From NCBI GenBank assembly GCA_963674965.2, contig CAXXFL010000001.1:352001-416000 (forward strand): a stretch of 64,000 bases of DNA, given 5' to 3'. A model generated the notes under the pieces. That model was not told the origin of the DNA, searched no databases, and saw only the letters and a list, made by a program, of their open reading frames with translations. How positions within the stretch are numbered: the first letter of the stretch is position 1; every line of letters begins with the position of its first letter. This DNA comes from a bacterium. GTDB taxonomy: Bacteria; RBG-13-61-14; DATKZS01. Shown here piece after piece: positions 58,398 to 64,000 of the stretch. Position numbers and translations under genes: made by a program.

Positions 58398-59360
58398 ATG
58401 ACCGTCGGCCAAGCCAGAGATTTCATCCTTTCCCACGACTCTTTCGTGGTCTGCGCCCATCTCAACCCGGACGGGGACGCCATCGGCTCGACCCTCGCCC
58501 TTTGCCGCGCCCTGCGCGCCCTGGCCAAAAAGGCCCACGCCTTTAACGGCGACCCGGCCCCCGACAACTGCCTGTTCCTTCCCGGCGCCGCCGGCATGGC
58601 GCGGGACGCCTCGTCGCTGCCCGAGGTCGAGGCGGTGATCATGCTGGACTCGGGCGACCCGGACCGGGCCGGGCCCGAGATGGAGGCCCTGATCTCGCGG
58701 CTTCCCTGCCTCAACCTCGACCATCACGGGACCAACTCCATGTACGGCTCGGTTAACTGGGTCGAGGGCCACGCCGGCTCGACCGGAGAGATGGTGGTCT
58801 CACTCCTGCGCGAGTTGGGGGCGCCCGTCGACCCGGAAGCGGCCATCTGCCTTTATACGGCCATCATGACCGACACGGGGTCCTTCCAGTTCGGCAATAC
58901 CAGCCCCGAGACGCTGCGGGCCGCGGCCGACATGATCGAGGCGGGGGCCAGACCCGAGGCGGCGGCGGAGGGATACTACAAGTCAAGACCGGTGTCCCAC
59001 CTGTTTTTGACGGCCCGCTGTCTGTCCACCCTCCACTTCGACGAGTCCCTGCGCAAGGGCGAGGCCATATTGACGACCGAGATGTTCGAGGAGACCGGGA
59101 CCGACGGCTCGGCGGCCGAGGGCATTATCAACATGATCCTCGATACCAGGACCGGCGAGGTGGCCGCGCTTTACCGCCAGACCGGACCGGACTCCTGGAA
59201 GGTCAGCCTCAGAAGCAAGGGCGACCTGGACGTGGCCTCCGTGGCCCGGTCCTTTGGAGGAGGCGGACACAAAAACGCCGCCGGATGCTCGATCAAGGGC
59301 AACCTCGAGGACGTCCGCCGCCGAGTAAACGAGGTCCTCGATACCATCCTCGCGGACTGA
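58398..59360 (+). CDS. nrnA: DHH/DHHA1 family oligoribonuclease / pAp phosphatase
   Basis: HLNPDGDAIGS, DHH, TDTGSF, VSLRS, GGGGHKNAAG. Confidence 0.92.
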   Translation: MTVGQARDFILSHDSFVVCAHLNPDGDAIGSTLALCRALRALAKKAHAFNGDPAPDNCLFLPGAAGMARDASSLPEVEAVIMLDSGDPDRAGPEMEALISRLPCLNLDHHGTNSMYGSVNWVEGHAGSTGEMVVSLLRELGAPVDPEAAICLYTAIMTDTGSFQFGNTSPETLRAAADMIEAGARPEAAAEGYYKSRPVSHLFLTARCLSTLHFDESLRKGEAILTTEMFEETGTDGSAAEGIINMILDTRTGEVAALYRQTGPDSWKVSLRSKGDLDVASVARSFGGGGHKNAAGCSIKGNLEDVRRRVNEVLDTILAD

Positions 59361-59367
59361 TACCGAC

Positions 59368-60267
59368 ATGCAACTCGAGAAAAACCGCGCCCACGGCGTT
59401 CTGGTCATCGACAAGCCCGCGGGAAAGACCTCGCGCTGGGCCACCAGCCTCGCGGCCCGGCTCCTGAATACCAGGAAGGCCGGCCACCTGGGAACTCTCG
59501 ATCCCCTGGCCACCGGGGTCTTGCCCGTGGCCCTGGGCAAGGCCACGCGGATCATCCGCTTCCTGGAAAAGGCCGACAAGGAATACAAGGCCCTGATCGA
59601 GTTGGGCACGGCCACCGACACCCAGGACCGGGCGGGCGAGGTCGTGTTCCGGGGCGACGTTTCCTCGGTTGACCCCTCCCGCGTCGAGGCCGAGCTGGCG
59701 GGGATGGTGGGAGACCTCGAGCAGCTTCCCCCCATGTTCAGCGCCGTTAAAAAGGACGGGACCCCGCTTTATAAGCTGGCTCGAAAGGGCCTCGAGATCG
59801 AAAGAAAACCGAGGACCGTAAAAATCCACTCCATCCGGATTCTAAGCGTGGATATTCCCCTCGTCGAGATATCCGTTACCTGCGGGCCCGGAGCCTACCT
59901 TCGGACCATGGCCCACGACCTGGGCCAGAGGCTGGGGTGCGGCGCCCACTTAAGGTCGCTCCAGCGCCTGAGAAGCGGCGGCTTCACACTCGAGAGCGCC
60001 CTTAACCCCCTCGAGCTATCCCCCGAGACCGCCCTCCAAAAGCTCATCCCCCTCATCGACTGCCTGCCCGGCATGCCTCTTATCGAGATGGAAGAAGAGG
60101 AGGCCGAGATGGTCGCCGACGGCATGACCGTCCACGCGCCCCCCTCCCGCGGCGCGCGGCCCGGCGAACATTACCGGCTCGCTCGGGACGGCCGCCTCCT
60201 GGCCGTGGCCCTCTCCGGAGAAGGTGAATCGGGCGTGGTCCTAAAGCCCCTGCGCGTTCTGGTCTGA
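59368..60267 (+). CDS. truB: tRNA pseudouridine(55) synthase
   Basis: IDKPAG, GHLGTLDPLATGVL, QLPPMFSAVK, LYKLAR, LQRLRSG. Confidence 0.97.
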   Translation: MQLEKNRAHGVLVIDKPAGKTSRWATSLAARLLNTRKAGHLGTLDPLATGVLPVALGKATRIIRFLEKADKEYKALIELGTATDTQDRAGEVVFRGDVSSVDPSRVEAELAGMVGDLEQLPPMFSAVKKDGTPLYKLARKGLEIERKPRTVKIHSIRILSVDIPLVEISVTCGPGAYLRTMAHDLGQRLGCGAHLRSLQRLRSGGFTLESALNPLELSPETALQKLIPLIDCLPGMPLIEMEEEEAEMVADGMTVHAPPSRGARPGEHYRLARDGRLLAVALSGEGESGVVLKPLRVLV

Positions 60268-60359
60268 CGATTACCCGCAAAATTATTGCGCCTCCTTCTC
60301 CCATGATGCTATTATCCTGGCGATTACCAATATCGTTCCGGACCGGCAAGGGAGGCGCC

Positions 60360-61379
60360 ATGGATAATAGCACCGAGAATTCCCCGTCTCGCGTTCCGGC
60401 CTTTTTGAAAAAGGCCCTGCCCGTGCTCGTCAGCGTCGGCATACTCTATTATTACTTCAGGGACGTGGAATGGGCGGACCTGGTGGAGAAGACCGCCCGG
60501 GCCAATCTTCCCCTCGCCATCCTCTCCATCGCCGTGCCCCAGGTTATCTTCTGGTTCTTCGAGGCCCTTATAGCGGAGCGGCACTTCCGGTGGTTCCACG
60601 GCGGGTTCGACTGGAAAAGCTACTTCTGGGCGCGGGGAGCCATATACATCCTCCAGCTTATCAACACGGGCGTGAGCGGCGGAGGCGTGCTGCTTTACCT
60701 GAGACGCAAGACCGGGATCACCTGGTCCCGGCTCATGGGCATCATGCTCTTCAGGTTCGGGCTCACCATGTGGGGGTTCGACTTCCTGCTCATTCCCTCG
60801 ACCCTGGCCGCCCATTATTACGGCCTGGCCGGGGACCTGGTGATAAACATATGGGTCTGGTGGGGCATCCTGATCTTCGGTCTTATATGGTTCATCGAGG
60901 CCTGGATCGTGTGGCATCACGGCAAGATTTACGGCATCGCCAAGTACCTGGTTGGCGACCGTATCGAGAGCGACTTCTGGACCGCCTTCCGCCTGGCCGG
61001 CCGGTCCCAGTGGTTTTACACCTGGGCCATGACCATGCCTCCGATCGTCATCCTCATGGTCGGTTTTTATTACGCCTTCCAGGCCTTCGGGATCGAGGTG
61101 GGCTTCATTCGCTTCATGGTCGTGGCCCCTCTCCTTCTGGCCTTTATGGACCTTCCCATCGCCCTGGCCGGCTTCGGTACCACCACCTTGGGCTTCGAGC
61201 TTTTCTTTCCCGACGTGGCCAACCAGGAGGCCCTTCTTGCCCTTTCCCTTTTCATGCCGGCGGCCCGGAGCGCCTCTCGCGCCGCCATCGGGATCGTGTC
61301 CCTCCCTCCCGCCATGCGGGACATAAGCTCGATCTTCAGGGGTGAAACCGGAGTTGTGGGGGAAGAAGCGGGGGACTAG
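60360..61379 (+). CDS. Lysylphosphatidylglycerol-synthase TM-domain (UPF0104 / flippase-like) membrane protein
   Basis: Multi-TM; VSVGILYYYFRDVEW, LPIALAGFG; GGAGG RBS before ATG 60360. Confidence 0.75.
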   Translation: MDNSTENSPSRVPAFLKKALPVLVSVGILYYYFRDVEWADLVEKTARANLPLAILSIAVPQVIFWFFEALIAERHFRWFHGGFDWKSYFWARGAIYILQLINTGVSGGGVLLYLRRKTGITWSRLMGIMLFRFGLTMWGFDFLLIPSTLAAHYYGLAGDLVINIWVWWGILIFGLIWFIEAWIVWHHGKIYGIAKYLVGDRIESDFWTAFRLAGRSQWFYTWAMTMPPIVILMVGFYYAFQAFGIEVGFIRFMVVAPLLLAFMDLPIALAGFGTTTLGFELFFPDVANQEALLALSLFMPAARSASRAAIGIVSLPPAMRDISSIFRGETGVVGEEAGD

Positions 61380-61420
61380 TCGAACGCCGGTCCCGGCTTT
61401 TTCACTCGCGATCGCGCCCG

Positions 61421-61451
61421 CCATCCAGGCCGGGTTTGGCGGCCTGGATGG
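61421..61451. terminator. Hairpin between convergent genes, possible bidirectional terminator
   Basis: Perfect 12-bp stem CCATCCAGGCCG / CGGCCTGGATGG; other short hairpins with T-runs nearby. Confidence 0.5.
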
Positions 61452-61529
61452 GAGCGGGACGAAATCGAACGTTGGGCGGCCGCGAGGGGGCCGCTTTTTC
61501 CTTCAAAGTCCGCGAGGACTTCCACGCAA

Positions 61530-64000
<2,471 letters not shown>

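Overview
High-GC (about 63-65%) bacterial chromosomal window. Gene content points to an anaerobic deltaproteobacterium (Desulfobacterota-like); this assignment is inference. Housekeeping blocks: the siroheme-dependent (Ahb) heme cluster hemC-cobA/hemD-ahbC-hemB-ahbD, bioB-bioF-bioA, hisF, rimP-nusA-infB-DUF503-rbfA-nrnA-truB, and Fur/PerR-katG. The strongest candidate for an uncharacterised system is a nine-gene minus-strand operon (24067-12761). It encodes two solute-binding proteins fused to OmpA-like domains, a membrane-anchored vWA protein, a TM/coiled-coil protein, a PspA/IM30 (ESCRT-III superfamily) protein, a NitT/TauT-type ABC transporter and a classical-clade AAA+ ATPase. Other notable signals: a strongly over-represented CTCGAG palindrome; a candidate sigma54-driven structured sRNA upstream of bioB; a NuoE/HydC-like subunit with a histone-H1-like Lys/Ala tail in a two-gene module lacking a catalytic subunit; a 196-bp REPIN-like nested palindrome; several apparently leaderless genes; a decayed IS1380-like element; and an archaeal-type PEP carboxylase. 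No tRNA, rRNA or CRISPR array was seen. All family calls come from motif recognition by eye, not from database searches.
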